Shown: positions 8,740 through 17,721 of the stretch, piece after piece
Position numbering within the stretch: the stretch's first letter is position 1
Layout: every line of letters begins with the position of its first letter
Assembly (NCBI GenBank): GCA_035627015.1
Contig: DASPMO010000154.1
Span: 3,537 to 67,536, forward strand
DNA from: Thermoanaerobaculia bacterium
GTDB lineage: Bacteria > Acidobacteriota > Thermoanaerobaculia > Gp7-AA8
Direction of reading: 5' to 3'
DNA: 64,000 bases
Made by a program: the position numbers and the translations under genes
The notes under the pieces: generated by a model
Database searches by the model: none
Told to the model about the DNA's origin: nothing
The model's input: only the letters and a program-made list of their open reading frames with translations

Positions 8740-11700
8740 AGTCGTCGCCGCGGCTCTCGCCTTCTGGAGCTTCACGGCGGCGGCGGCGCCGCGCGCGGAG
8801 TCTCTGAGCTCCGATCCGCCGGGGCGCCACTTCATTGTGTTGCTCGACGACTCCGGCGACAGTCCGCTCATCCCGCGCGACGACAGCGATCCCGCCGCGC
8901 CGATTGCAGAACGATTGTTCGCGCCCCTCGGCAACGGACCCGGATTCGACCCGCGTCGCGACGCGCTGTCGGTGGTGTTCTTTCAAGTCATCGAAAACCG
9001 CCCTTATGGCTGCTTTGACGATCGGCCGCTGCTCTCGATAACTCCCGAGGGGATGTTCGACGAAGTGGCTCCTTCGACTGACGACCGTCAGAGCGCACTG
9101 TCGATGGCGGCGTATCTCCGCGCGGAGTTCGCAAAGACGATGACAGAGGGTGGGTGTCGCTTTGCGCGACACGGCTATTCGCCCATCGAACGGTCCAAGC
9201 GTCTGGTGCTTCCGTACCTCGCGCAGCGCGGCGCTACGAGCTCGCCCGTTTCCGAAATCGTTCTCCTGCAAGTTTCCAACAAGCGCAGCAACCCGCTTGG
9301 CGATGTCACCGGCGATGTTCGCGGCATATTCGCCGATAAGGCCGCGTCGGACGAGTTGCATCGCCGAGTGGACGACTCCGTGTCGATCCGCTTCGTCGAT
9401 TCCTACGAACCGGTCCACCACCTTTACATCGAACGGTATCGCGTGACGCCGAACGTGACGGGCGGCGGCTCGTGGGATGAACTGCTCACGGTCCCCGGCA
9501 CCATCGAGCTCCGCCGCCGCGCGGTGAGGCACGACCGCATTCGCCTCGAGACCGTGAATGGCGCGATCCGGCTCCGATCGACCCAAGATTTCGTACCCAT
9601 TCGTCTCGTGCTCGCGAGCGAAACGGCCCAGCCCCTGGCAACGATCGACGTGGAGCACTGCGCCGCTCCCTGCGAGCTGCGCGGCGGCGAGCGCGTCGTC
9701 GACGTGATCCGCGCCGTGCCGCCCGCGGTGATCACGCGGAGCACCTTCGAACGTCCTTCCCGTGTCTTCGCGACGGCCCGCTGCCGGTATGTGATGCCCG
9801 GCATCTACGATGGCTTCGTCGTCGACAGTCGTCCCCACGAGATGCGCATTCATCGCGAGAAACCGCTGGTGGTGCCGGCGGTCCCTCCGCTGTGGAAGCC
9901 GCTCGCGATCGACAATGGCGTGCTCGCGCGCGCGTGGCGAACGTCGGACGTCCGCGGCTTGGATCAGGCAACCGCCTTCCGCCGCATCTCCTCGCAGCGG
10001 TCCACTATCCGGACCGTCCTCGTTCTCTCCGCGGCCCTCGCCGTCTTGTTCCTCGTGTACCTCCTCGTCACTCACCGCGGGTTCCATCCCATCGTCGACC
10101 TCAGGACGAGCGCCGGCGTCATCGATTTCAATGCTGCGATCCCGCCGGAGATCGAAGCGAGTCAGCTGGAGGTCTTCAATTCGGCCGCCGCTACGTTCGA
10201 GCGGTTCCAACGGAATCCGAACGGAGTGTGGCACCTCAGTCTGAACCCCGACGTCACCGCCACCTGGCCGGAGTACGGCGACGTTTCCGCCTCGGGCCTC
10301 GACGTCTCATCGTTCGTCGCGCTGCGTGCGCGCGCCGGCGCCGATGAGTCGCTGCACACACGGCTGTCCGGCCGCGGCGACACGTTTGTCAGCCTGATCG
10401 TCAGCGGGCGTCAGCTCGCCTCTATCCTGCCGCCGCCGGGCTGGACTGGCGGACCGGCCACGCTGCGCGTCACCGGAACGGTCTCGCTCGATTACGACAC
10501 GAAGTCGGACCTCTACCCTTTTTCGCACGACCTGCAGCTCGTGCCCGAACGCACGGCGACGCCGAAACTTCTCCTCAATATCCCCACAGCCGTTCAGTGG
10601 AGAGCCGGAGAGGCGCTCGATCTGGGAAGCACGGTTCTGGTATCGGCATCGCGGTATCGATTTGCGACTCCCGCGGAAACACGCCGAGGATTCGAGCTCG
10701 CCGGCGACGCCGTGTCGTATCGGTGCAATGACACTGTGACCATCGCCGGCAAAGAGAAGATGAGGATCCGGCTCCTCGCGCCCGAGGGGACGACACCGAA
10801 CCCAACGCATGTCGAAGAGCAATGGACGGTGCGGCTCGACCTCGACGGCGCGCAGCCGGTGGAGAAGGTGGTGACGGTCCATAAGGACGTGAGTACGCCG
10901 GAGGCTCACGTGACGGTCACGTGCGGTACCGCGGCGGAGCCTCTCGAAATCGCGTGGCGCGATGGGCGGCTGCATGCAAGACAGCGACGTAGCGCAGTCG
11001 CCACCGGTGACGATGACACAGTGGGAGTTTCCGCGGCGGCCGGCGCGGTTCACGTCGCGAGAAACGATTCCGCGCTCCTCCTCTGCACCGTCGGTGTGCG
11101 ACTCGGAAAGCCGGCCCTCGGCGGCAACATCAACGCCGCCATCGGTGCCGCTCTGCATTTCAGCGACGGCCGAAGTGTCGCCGCGACCGTGACGCCGGCC
11201 GATGACAGTGCCGCCGACGATGGTGCGACGCTCGTCGTCGCGGGCGCCGCCATGCCGTCGGCCGCCGTCGCCGTCACGCATGCCGACGTCTTCGACGCAC
11301 TGCTGATGCAGCGCGTGATTGCGCAGACCGCGCAACTCCGCCTCACCATCGACGTCACGATCGCCGATGGCGGACGTTCGATTCGCCAGCACGCGACCGT
11401 GCTGATCTCGCAAGAGTTGGTCAGGCACGAGCACGGGACCATTCTCGCCATCGACTTCGGCAACTCCGCGGTCGCCGTCGCAACGCTGACGCAGTCGGGC
11501 GAGATGGAGGTGACGAATCTTCAGGAGATTCCGCTACTCGACGAGCGGACGCTGGCTCAGGAAGATCCGGACAATGCGGAGAAGGGCTCGCCTCTCATCC
11601 CGAGCCCTTTCGCCATCGAATTCGACCGCCGCAACAGCAACGGCGGGCGTCCTGGCACGACGTGGGCGGCGCAACCGGAGACTCTCGATGGGAGCGACCC

Positions 11701-13195
11701 GCGCACGATCAGCCTCCCCGCGCTGAGCGCACACTACTCCTCCTGTCCGGAACGCGTCGTCCAGTCCATCAAGCATATCGTCGGCAGCGATTACGACGAG
11801 ATGGAGCTTTATGCGCCGATCCGTTCCGAACGCGGGACGCTGCACTCGTTCAAAGTCGACAAGCTGCTGATCGGCGTCATGCGCGCTCTCGCCGAGACCT
11901 ATGTGGGAACGGAACTGTACGAGCGACTCGTCTTCACCGTCCCCAACGCGTTCCTCCCCTGGCAGGAACAACGCGTCCGGACGGCCATCGAGGCCGCGTT
12001 CACGTCGCTGCAGCCGGAGTGGACGAGGAGCCTCTCCGAGTCGGACGCCGTGATGCACCGCTATCTGGCGAGCGCCCCTCAGAACCACCGGCGAGAGCTG
12101 ATCCTCTTTTACGATTTCGGCTCCGGCACGATCGATCTCACCCTGACGGAACTCCTGGTCGACGAAGGCGGCAATCGGGCGCGCATTCTCGCTCGCATTG
12201 GCTTCGATCGCGCCGGCGCCTATCTCGATCAGGTCCTGACCAGCATCGTGCACAGAAATGTCGAAAACGCGCTCGACGCGACGCCGGGCGCATATCGCTT
12301 TCCGTTGCTCGGAGAGTCCGCGACACCAGGCGCCGCCAACTTCGCGTCCGAGCTCGCGTCGGCCAAAAAGCATTGGCAACCCGCCGAGCCGTTGTGCATC
12401 TCGCAACACGACGAACACGCGAGCATCGTCGATCCGCGGCACTGGCGAACGCTGAGTCGCACCGGCCTCGCGGGCGAGACGCGGCGTGACGGCATCACCG
12501 TGCCGTGTATCGCGCTGAGTTGGGACACGATTCATACCGACCGTCGCATTACGCATTTTTTCGAGTTCGTGAAGAGCGACCTCGTCGCCCTCTGTCTCCA
12601 CCTCGGCGAAAAGACACGTCAGGACCTCACACACGTCGTCGTCTCCGGCCGCGGCGCGCTCTGGCCCGGGTTCATCGACGCGCTCCGCGCGAGCTTTCCC
12701 TCAGGCGCGGACGTGAGGAAGATCTTCGACGACCCGGATGAGATGAAACTCGCCGTGGTCCGCGGAGCGGCGGCCTCGCGGCAGAAGCGCGCCTCGATGA
12801 CCATCGACAGCGTCGCGCCGGAGCCGACGTATCTCGCATTCGCCGACCTCGACTTCCACGAAGGTACATGGCGGGATCTGCGCGTGCTCGGAACGACCCC
12901 GGTCGTCTTACCCGCCGGCGAACTGACTCTCGCCGTCATCCCGTTCGCATACGACGACGACACGCTCCGCGCAATGCTGCGGCACCCATTCGGACGGCGG
13001 CTCGTGCGCCGGCTGCCGTTTCAGCTTCCCGTCAGCCGTGACCGCGAAGTGAAGGCGTTTCTGGCGCGGGAACGCGGCCGCACGAAGATCAAGCTCGACG
13101 ATGGCTTCCTCACGGAAGTCGTCGCCGGCGGCCGAAAGTGGCCGGTCGGCAGTTGGTCCGTCTGGAACGCGAGCCAGCTCGGAGAGGACACGTGA
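8723..13195 (+). CDS. large bitopic protein: signal peptide, extracytoplasmic region, TM helix, cytoplasmic Hsp70/actin-like ATPase domain
   Basis: Track ORF trimmed to ATG 8723, which overlaps the upstream CDS by 17 nt. Signal peptide: MKSTSRVVAAALAFWSFTAAAAP. FIVLLDDSGDS is a vWA-like strand (weak). Mid-protein TM helix: TVLVLSAALAVLFLVYLLV. C-terminal motifs: ILAIDFGNSAVAVA, LILFYDFGSGTIDLTL and HVVVSGRGALWPGF (Hsp70 phosphate-1, phosphate-2 and adenosine-like). Confidence 0.75.
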   Translation: MKSTSRVVAAALAFWSFTAAAAPRAESLSSDPPGRHFIVLLDDSGDSPLIPRDDSDPAAPIAERLFAPLGNGPGFDPRRDALSVVFFQVIENRPYGCFDDRPLLSITPEGMFDEVAPSTDDRQSALSMAAYLRAEFAKTMTEGGCRFARHGYSPIERSKRLVLPYLAQRGATSSPVSEIVLLQVSNKRSNPLGDVTGDVRGIFADKAASDELHRRVDDSVSIRFVDSYEPVHHLYIERYRVTPNVTGGGSWDELLTVPGTIELRRRAVRHDRIRLETVNGAIRLRSTQDFVPIRLVLASETAQPLATIDVEHCAAPCELRGGERVVDVIRAVPPAVITRSTFERPSRVFATARCRYVMPGIYDGFVVDSRPHEMRIHREKPLVVPAVPPLWKPLAIDNGVLARAWRTSDVRGLDQATAFRRISSQRSTIRTVLVLSAALAVLFLVYLLVTHRGFHPIVDLRTSAGVIDFNAAIPPEIEASQLEVFNSAAATFERFQRNPNGVWHLSLNPDVTATWPEYGDVSASGLDVSSFVALRARAGADESLHTRLSGRGDTFVSLIVSGRQLASILPPPGWTGGPATLRVTGTVSLDYDTKSDLYPFSHDLQLVPERTATPKLLLNIPTAVQWRAGEALDLGSTVLVSASRYRFATPAETRRGFELAGDAVSYRCNDTVTIAGKEKMRIRLLAPEGTTPNPTHVEEQWTVRLDLDGAQPVEKVVTVHKDVSTPEAHVTVTCGTAAEPLEIAWRDGRLHARQRRSAVATGDDDTVGVSAAAGAVHVARNDSALLLCTVGVRLGKPALGGNINAAIGAALHFSDGRSVAATVTPADDSAADDGATLVVAGAAMPSAAVAVTHADVFDALLMQRVIAQTAQLRLTIDVTIADGGRSIRQHATVLISQELVRHEHGTILAIDFGNSAVAVATLTQSGEMEVTNLQEIPLLDERTLAQEDPDNAEKGSPLIPSPFAIEFDRRNSNGGRPGTTWAAQPETLDGSDPRTISLPALSAHYSSCPERVVQSIKHIVGSDYDEMELYAPIRSERGTLHSFKVDKLLIGVMRALAETYVGTELYERLVFTVPNAFLPWQEQRVRTAIEAAFTSLQPEWTRSLSESDAVMHRYLASAPQNHRRELILFYDFGSGTIDLTLTELLVDEGGNRARILARIGFDRAGAYLDQVLTSIVHRNVENALDATPGAYRFPLLGESATPGAANFASELASAKKHWQPAEPLCISQHDEHASIVDPRHWRTLSRTGLAGETRRDGITVPCIALSWDTIHTDRRITHFFEFVKSDLVALCLHLGEKTRQDLTHVVVSGRGALWPGFIDALRASFPSGADVRKIFDDPDEMKLAVVRGAAASRQKRASMTIDSVAPEPTYLAFADLDFHEGTWRDLRVLGTTPVVLPAGELTLAVIPFAYDDDTLRAMLRHPFGRRLVRRLPFQLPVSRDREVKAFLARERGRTKIKLDDGFLTEVVAGGRKWPVGSWSVWNASQLGEDT

Positions 13196-14784
13196 CGTTC
13201 GCGGCGCAGTGGTGGGAGCTCGCCGCGGGTTTCGGCATCGGTTTGATCGTGGTCAGCGTCGCGGCCGCCGTGGCGCGGCGCCGGCATCGCCGCGCCGATC
13301 TCGCGTACGAAGTCGCTCTGGCGTCGATACTCGGCTGCAACCCCGAACGGATGCCATCGCTGCTGCACGCGCTAGCCGACGAAGTCCAAAACGCTCGCAC
13401 TCAATTCGACTATCTGCCGCGTTCCGTGCCCGAGGAGCCATGGACCGTCCGAACGTGGAGCACGAAGTGGGTGGAGTTGCTGCGCGACCGCGACGCGCGC
13501 TCCGCCTGGATCGCACGAACGTGGCTGGAAACGGGCGGCGATCGGCGCAGTCTCGACGACTTCGTCAAGGAGACGGTGCGGCTTCAATCAGACCTTCACC
13601 GTTTGCTCTTTGGAAAAGCCGAGAGCGCCGCCGTGTCGCGCACAGACTGCGTGACCACGTTGTCGGCCGCAGTGGCGGCAGTGCGCGAGCTACAGTCGCA
13701 GACGGCTCCCGGACTGTTGCGCGAGCTCGAAGATCTGCGCGCCGACCGAACGGCCATCACCCGCGAGCTGCAGAAGCTTCGTGACGATCTGAATCGCGCG
13801 AGCGACCGCGTCGCAGCGCTTGCTCCACTACTGACACTTTGCGATGTTGGCGAGAGCGATGACGACGCGCACGTCACGGCTGCCATCGAAGACGTCGGCA
13901 TGCTGCTGCTGGTCGCGCGGCGCGAAACGGAGTCGACTGCATTGAGCAAAACGGCCACTCTCGCGAGCGCATTGGAAGCTCGCCTGAAGGCACTCCATTC
14001 GGCCGAAAAGCAATCCGCGAATGCGCTCGCGGAGACACAGCGAGCGCTGGCACATGCGCAGAAAACCGCCACCGAGAGCGTACGTTTGCGAGAAGAGGCA
14101 CTCGCAACGTGCCGGCGCCACGAGGAGGCGGCCGGCATGCTCGCGGCGCGACTCGAGCTCACGCCCAACGATCACGAACTCCTCGAGCATCTGCTCCACG
14201 GTGAGGCCTGGACGCTTCGGCTCCTGCTCCTTGCTACCGAAACGACGTGGAGCTCAGCGAGCGCGCCGGTGACGGCGCAATTGGCAGCGTTGCTCCAGTT
14301 CGCGGACGTCCCCTCCCAATGCTCCGCCGCGCTTGCCGCGCTCCGCCGCCTCGTCGCATCCGATCCGCCAGCCATACGTCCCGTCGGCCTCGATGTCGTG
14401 GCGGATCTCTGCAGGCTCGCGGATACTGCCGCGCGGATCAGCGAGTTCCATGGGATCTATCGCTTGCAGGAACTCGATGCCGCCGCGCCCTGGGCTGCCG
14501 TCGTTGCGACGACCGTCAAAAGCGTCCTCGCCGCGCGCGGCGTCGAAGTTCGCCGGCCGCCGCTCCTGCAGCGCCTGGGCAGCGACTTTCACGCGTTCGA
14601 GGCCAATCACCGCGATGCTCCAATGACATCGTTCCACGCCATTCGGGAGCGGATTCGCGCCGAGGTCGACAGAGGAAACGACGGGTGCGTGGTTGATGTG
14701 ACGCAATCCGAGATCGTCATCGACGGCACGATCCGGCGCATCGGCGTTGCGTCGTGCATGACTCCTCATTTATGGCGCGCGTGA
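13192..14784 (+). CDS. membrane-anchored coiled-coil protein; C-terminus possibly GrpE-like
   Basis: GTG 13192 overlaps the upstream stop (GTGA). N-terminal TM helix: WWELAAGFGIGLIVVSVAAAV. Long heptad-like helical stretches are present (LRELEDLRADRTAITRELQKLRDDLNRASDRV). The C-terminal LAARGVEVRR...GSDFHAFEA...VVDVTQSEIVIDGTIRRIGVASC resembles the GrpE beta-domain pattern (weak). Confidence 0.6.
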   Translation: MTFAAQWWELAAGFGIGLIVVSVAAAVARRRHRRADLAYEVALASILGCNPERMPSLLHALADEVQNARTQFDYLPRSVPEEPWTVRTWSTKWVELLRDRDARSAWIARTWLETGGDRRSLDDFVKETVRLQSDLHRLLFGKAESAAVSRTDCVTTLSAAVAAVRELQSQTAPGLLRELEDLRADRTAITRELQKLRDDLNRASDRVAALAPLLTLCDVGESDDDAHVTAAIEDVGMLLLVARRETESTALSKTATLASALEARLKALHSAEKQSANALAETQRALAHAQKTATESVRLREEALATCRRHEEAAGMLAARLELTPNDHELLEHLLHGEAWTLRLLLLATETTWSSASAPVTAQLAALLQFADVPSQCSAALAALRRLVASDPPAIRPVGLDVVADLCRLADTAARISEFHGIYRLQELDAAAPWAAVVATTVKSVLAARGVEVRRPPLLQRLGSDFHAFEANHRDAPMTSFHAIRERIRAEVDRGNDGCVVDVTQSEIVIDGTIRRIGVASCMTPHLWRA

Positions 14785-14793
14785 AGTAGGCCC

Positions 14794-15222
14794 ATGGAGA
14801 AACAGGAACGGACGATCCTCCTTCAACTACAGGCGCGCTTCGGCGGCGCCGGCGCGGCGCGCGCCGGCGCCTGTGCGCGTTGCGCCGAGCTTCTGCGCGC
14901 CCGAAAAGGATCGACCGCGTTTCTGGCCGAGGTGCAACGGCTCGCCGGAGAGTACTGTCCACCGCCTCCCGATGCGGCGGATCTCGTCGCCAAAGCGACA
15001 GCGGCATTACGAGCCGGTGTCGGGCGCGATCTCACGCCGGAGGCTGTCGCCGCCTTAGTGGCCGCGGCGCAGCGAATTGCCGCGGAGCCACGCGTGCACG
15101 GCGAACGCACAATGCTCGAGCTTTGGATGCGCCGGCCGGAAGTCTTCTCCGAATCGTTGTCCCAGGTCCTCCTGCAACGTTGGCGTGAACTGCAGCGTGA
15201 GGATCCCGCCGGAAAGTCATAA
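14794..15222 (+). CDS. hypothetical protein
   Basis: 142-aa ORF, 10 nt after the upstream stop, co-directional, Ala-rich and helical. No motif recognised. Confidence 0.45.
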   Translation: MEKQERTILLQLQARFGGAGAARAGACARCAELLRARKGSTAFLAEVQRLAGEYCPPPPDAADLVAKATAALRAGVGRDLTPEAVAALVAAAQRIAAEPRVHGERTMLELWMRRPEVFSESLSQVLLQRWRELQREDPAGKS

Positions 15223-15286
15223 TCACGGTCTTCGGTCCTGCCGCGAAAAACTCAGGACCTCCGTCCGTCTATGACGACATCTCCCT

Positions 15287-16723
15287 ATGAATGTCGGCTC
15301 GACGGCTGTCCTGGCGAAGCTACGCGACGAGGTGCGCGCCGCGACGGATGCCGCCATTGCCGTCGCACGAGCTGCATCGTTCCGCCGAACGCGCCGGCGC
15401 GAAAAACTGGTCGGGACGTTGGAACTGCCGCCGTCGCTGCGGCCTGAGGCAGAAAAGCAGCGGGAGCGCTTGATCTGGTGCGGCCGCGTGCTCGACGCGT
15501 TGCTGCAGCGTCATGCCGTCACTTCGTCAGTGAAGGTTTCGCACGTCGCCGCCAGTCTGGCGGCGTACGTCATGCTGGAGCGTGAGCTCCCGGCCAATGT
15601 GCCGGAAGGACGCTCGCGCAAGGCGTTCGAGCTCGAATTGCGCGAGCTGCAGCGCAAACTGGAGGACGCCCTCGCCCACTGCGCGTCCGTCGTGAATCGA
15701 GCGACACCGCACACTCAGGACGGCGCTGTCGACATTCACATCGAAGCACACGGGGAGACCGCACGCATCAACGGCACCTCGGTTTCGGTGCCGTTTACGG
15801 AGAGCGACCATCGCTCGCTCCGAGCCGCGTATCGAAAGCCGCGCTCGGCCGCCGCGAGCGATCTCGTCGCGCCGCTCGTCGATTTCGGCCAGAAGCTCTT
15901 CCAGCTCATTGCGCCCGCCTACCCCGAAGACGCGGCTGTTCGCCTTCATCTCGAGAAGGCGGGGTGGCTCGCCACGTGCGCATGGGAGCTCCTTCACGAC
16001 GGCCGGCAGTTCCTCGCGCTACAGCCGTCGACGCCTGTCGTGCGTGTCATTGCAGGTCCGTCTGCCGCGGGCGCGCCAAATGAGAGGCCGCTTCGCATCC
16101 TCCTCGCGATCAGTTCCCCGCAATCACTTCGCATGCTCGACGCAACAGAAGAACGCCGCCGCATGGAGAACGCGATCGGCGGTCTGATACTTCTGGGGCT
16201 GGTGGAGTTGGACGTCGTGCCGGATGGCACGCTGGACACGCTTCGGCGGAAGTTGCGTTCTGCATCCGAGGGAGGCCGGCCGTACGACGTGTGGCATTTC
16301 GTCGGCCATGGGCGCGATCACGCCGGCCGCGGCGAGTTGGCCATGGAGGACGATGAGCATGGCGTCCATTGGGTCGGCGGCGACGAACTGCAGGTGATGT
16401 TTGGCGTGCACCCGCCGCTGCGCCTCGTCATCCTCAACGCCTGTGAAAGCGGAATCGAAGGGATCGACCACCCCCGCGGGGGTCTTGCAAGGACGCTGAT
16501 CGGCGGCTGCGGTGCGGCGACGGTGATCGCCACGCAGTTCCAGATCTCCGACTCCGCCGCCATCGTCCTCGCGCAAGAGATCTACGGCGCCTACGCTGCC
16601 GGTGCGGACATTTCCGCCGCGGTCACGGAAGCGCGCCGGGCGATCTTCTGCCGCCCGCAGGGAGTGGAGTGGATGACGCCGGTCGTCTTCACCAGAACGG
16701 CGCCGGATGCCGCGCCGCCCTGA
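15287..16723 (+). CDS. CHAT-domain (caspase-like) protease family protein
   Basis: The C-terminal half carries the CHAT His/Cys dyad context: YDVWHFVGHGRD ... LRLVILNACESG. The N-terminal half is helical. Confidence 0.8.
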   Translation: MNVGSTAVLAKLRDEVRAATDAAIAVARAASFRRTRRREKLVGTLELPPSLRPEAEKQRERLIWCGRVLDALLQRHAVTSSVKVSHVAASLAAYVMLERELPANVPEGRSRKAFELELRELQRKLEDALAHCASVVNRATPHTQDGAVDIHIEAHGETARINGTSVSVPFTESDHRSLRAAYRKPRSAAASDLVAPLVDFGQKLFQLIAPAYPEDAAVRLHLEKAGWLATCAWELLHDGRQFLALQPSTPVVRVIAGPSAAGAPNERPLRILLAISSPQSLRMLDATEERRRMENAIGGLILLGLVELDVVPDGTLDTLRRKLRSASEGGRPYDVWHFVGHGRDHAGRGELAMEDDEHGVHWVGGDELQVMFGVHPPLRLVILNACESGIEGIDHPRGGLARTLIGGCGAATVIATQFQISDSAAIVLAQEIYGAYAAGADISAAVTEARRAIFCRPQGVEWMTPVVFTRTAPDAAPP

Positions 16724-16875
16724 TTCCACAGCGGCGTTACTCCCTGCCAAGCCCCTTTCCGTGAGTCCGGAGGAACGCCGATATGCGGATTCTGTTGTAT
16801 GCTCGCGCGGACGCCCCAAAAGAGCGAACATCGCAGTCGGCGGCGCTCCGCGCACCGACAAGTGACCACTGGCCG

Positions 16876-17721
16876 ATGTCCGATCCACGCGATCTCCTCA
16901 TCCGCGAGCTGCCGCTCATCGAACGAATCACTCGTGCGATCTGCCGCCGCAATGGGCTCGATCCGGACTCCATCGAAGACTTCACGGCCGAGGTGAGACT
17001 GCGCCTGGTGAAGGACGATTACGCCATCTTGCGTGCGTACGAGGGCCGCAGCCAGTTCAAGACCTACATCGCCGCCGTGGTGCGGCGGTTGTTGATCGAC
17101 CAGCGCCGCCGCGACTGGGGCAAGTGGCACGACTCGGCCGAGGCGCAGCGCATTGGAGAGATCGGCGTCGACGTCGAGCGCTCGCTGCATCGGGAAGGGC
17201 GCAGCATCCAGGAGACGCATCGCCAGCTCGAAGACAAGTATCCTGGCGTCGCGCTCGAGACGATCGAGGTGATTGCCGCCCGCCTGCCGGCGAAGATGCG
17301 CCGCAACCGTGTCGACATCGACGAGGCCATGTCGGTCCAGACGCACGGCGATGCAGAGCGTCCCGTGGTTCAGGCCGATCTCGCCGCGCGGATCTCGACC
17401 GTCGTCTGTACGTTCATCGATGGCCTGCCCGAAGAAGATCAACTGCTCCTGCGTCTCCGCTTCGACTCCGAAATGACAGTTGCGCAGATCGCCCGTTCGT
17501 TGCACCGTGATCAGCAGGTGCTCTATCGCCGTCTGTACAAGCATTTCCACGACCTGCGCGACGCACTCACCGCGGCGAGCGTTGACGCGCAGTCCGTGGA
17601 GGAATTGATCGGGTCCGACACCACACTCCTCGACTTCCGCCTGAAAAAGCGCACCCCGAGTCCGTCCGAAGGAGATGAGAGCGCGGTAGCGGCACGGCAG
17701 GAGGAGGACACCTCGTCATGA
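16876..17721 (+). CDS. ECF-type RNA polymerase sigma-70 family factor
   Basis: Region-2-like: DFTAEVRLRLVKDDYAILRAYEGRSQFKTYIAAVVRRLLIDQRRRDWGKW. Region-4 HTH-like: LPEEDQLLLRLRFDSEMTVAQIARSL. The start is either ATG 16876 or the upstream ATG 16783. The stop overlaps the next gene start (ATGA at 17718-17721). Confidence 0.8.
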   Translation: MSDPRDLLIRELPLIERITRAICRRNGLDPDSIEDFTAEVRLRLVKDDYAILRAYEGRSQFKTYIAAVVRRLLIDQRRRDWGKWHDSAEAQRIGEIGVDVERSLHREGRSIQETHRQLEDKYPGVALETIEVIAARLPAKMRRNRVDIDEAMSVQTHGDAERPVVQADLAARISTVVCTFIDGLPEEDQLLLRLRFDSEMTVAQIARSLHRDQQVLYRRLYKHFHDLRDALTAASVDAQSVEELIGSDTTLLDFRLKKRTPSPSEGDESAVAARQEEDTSS

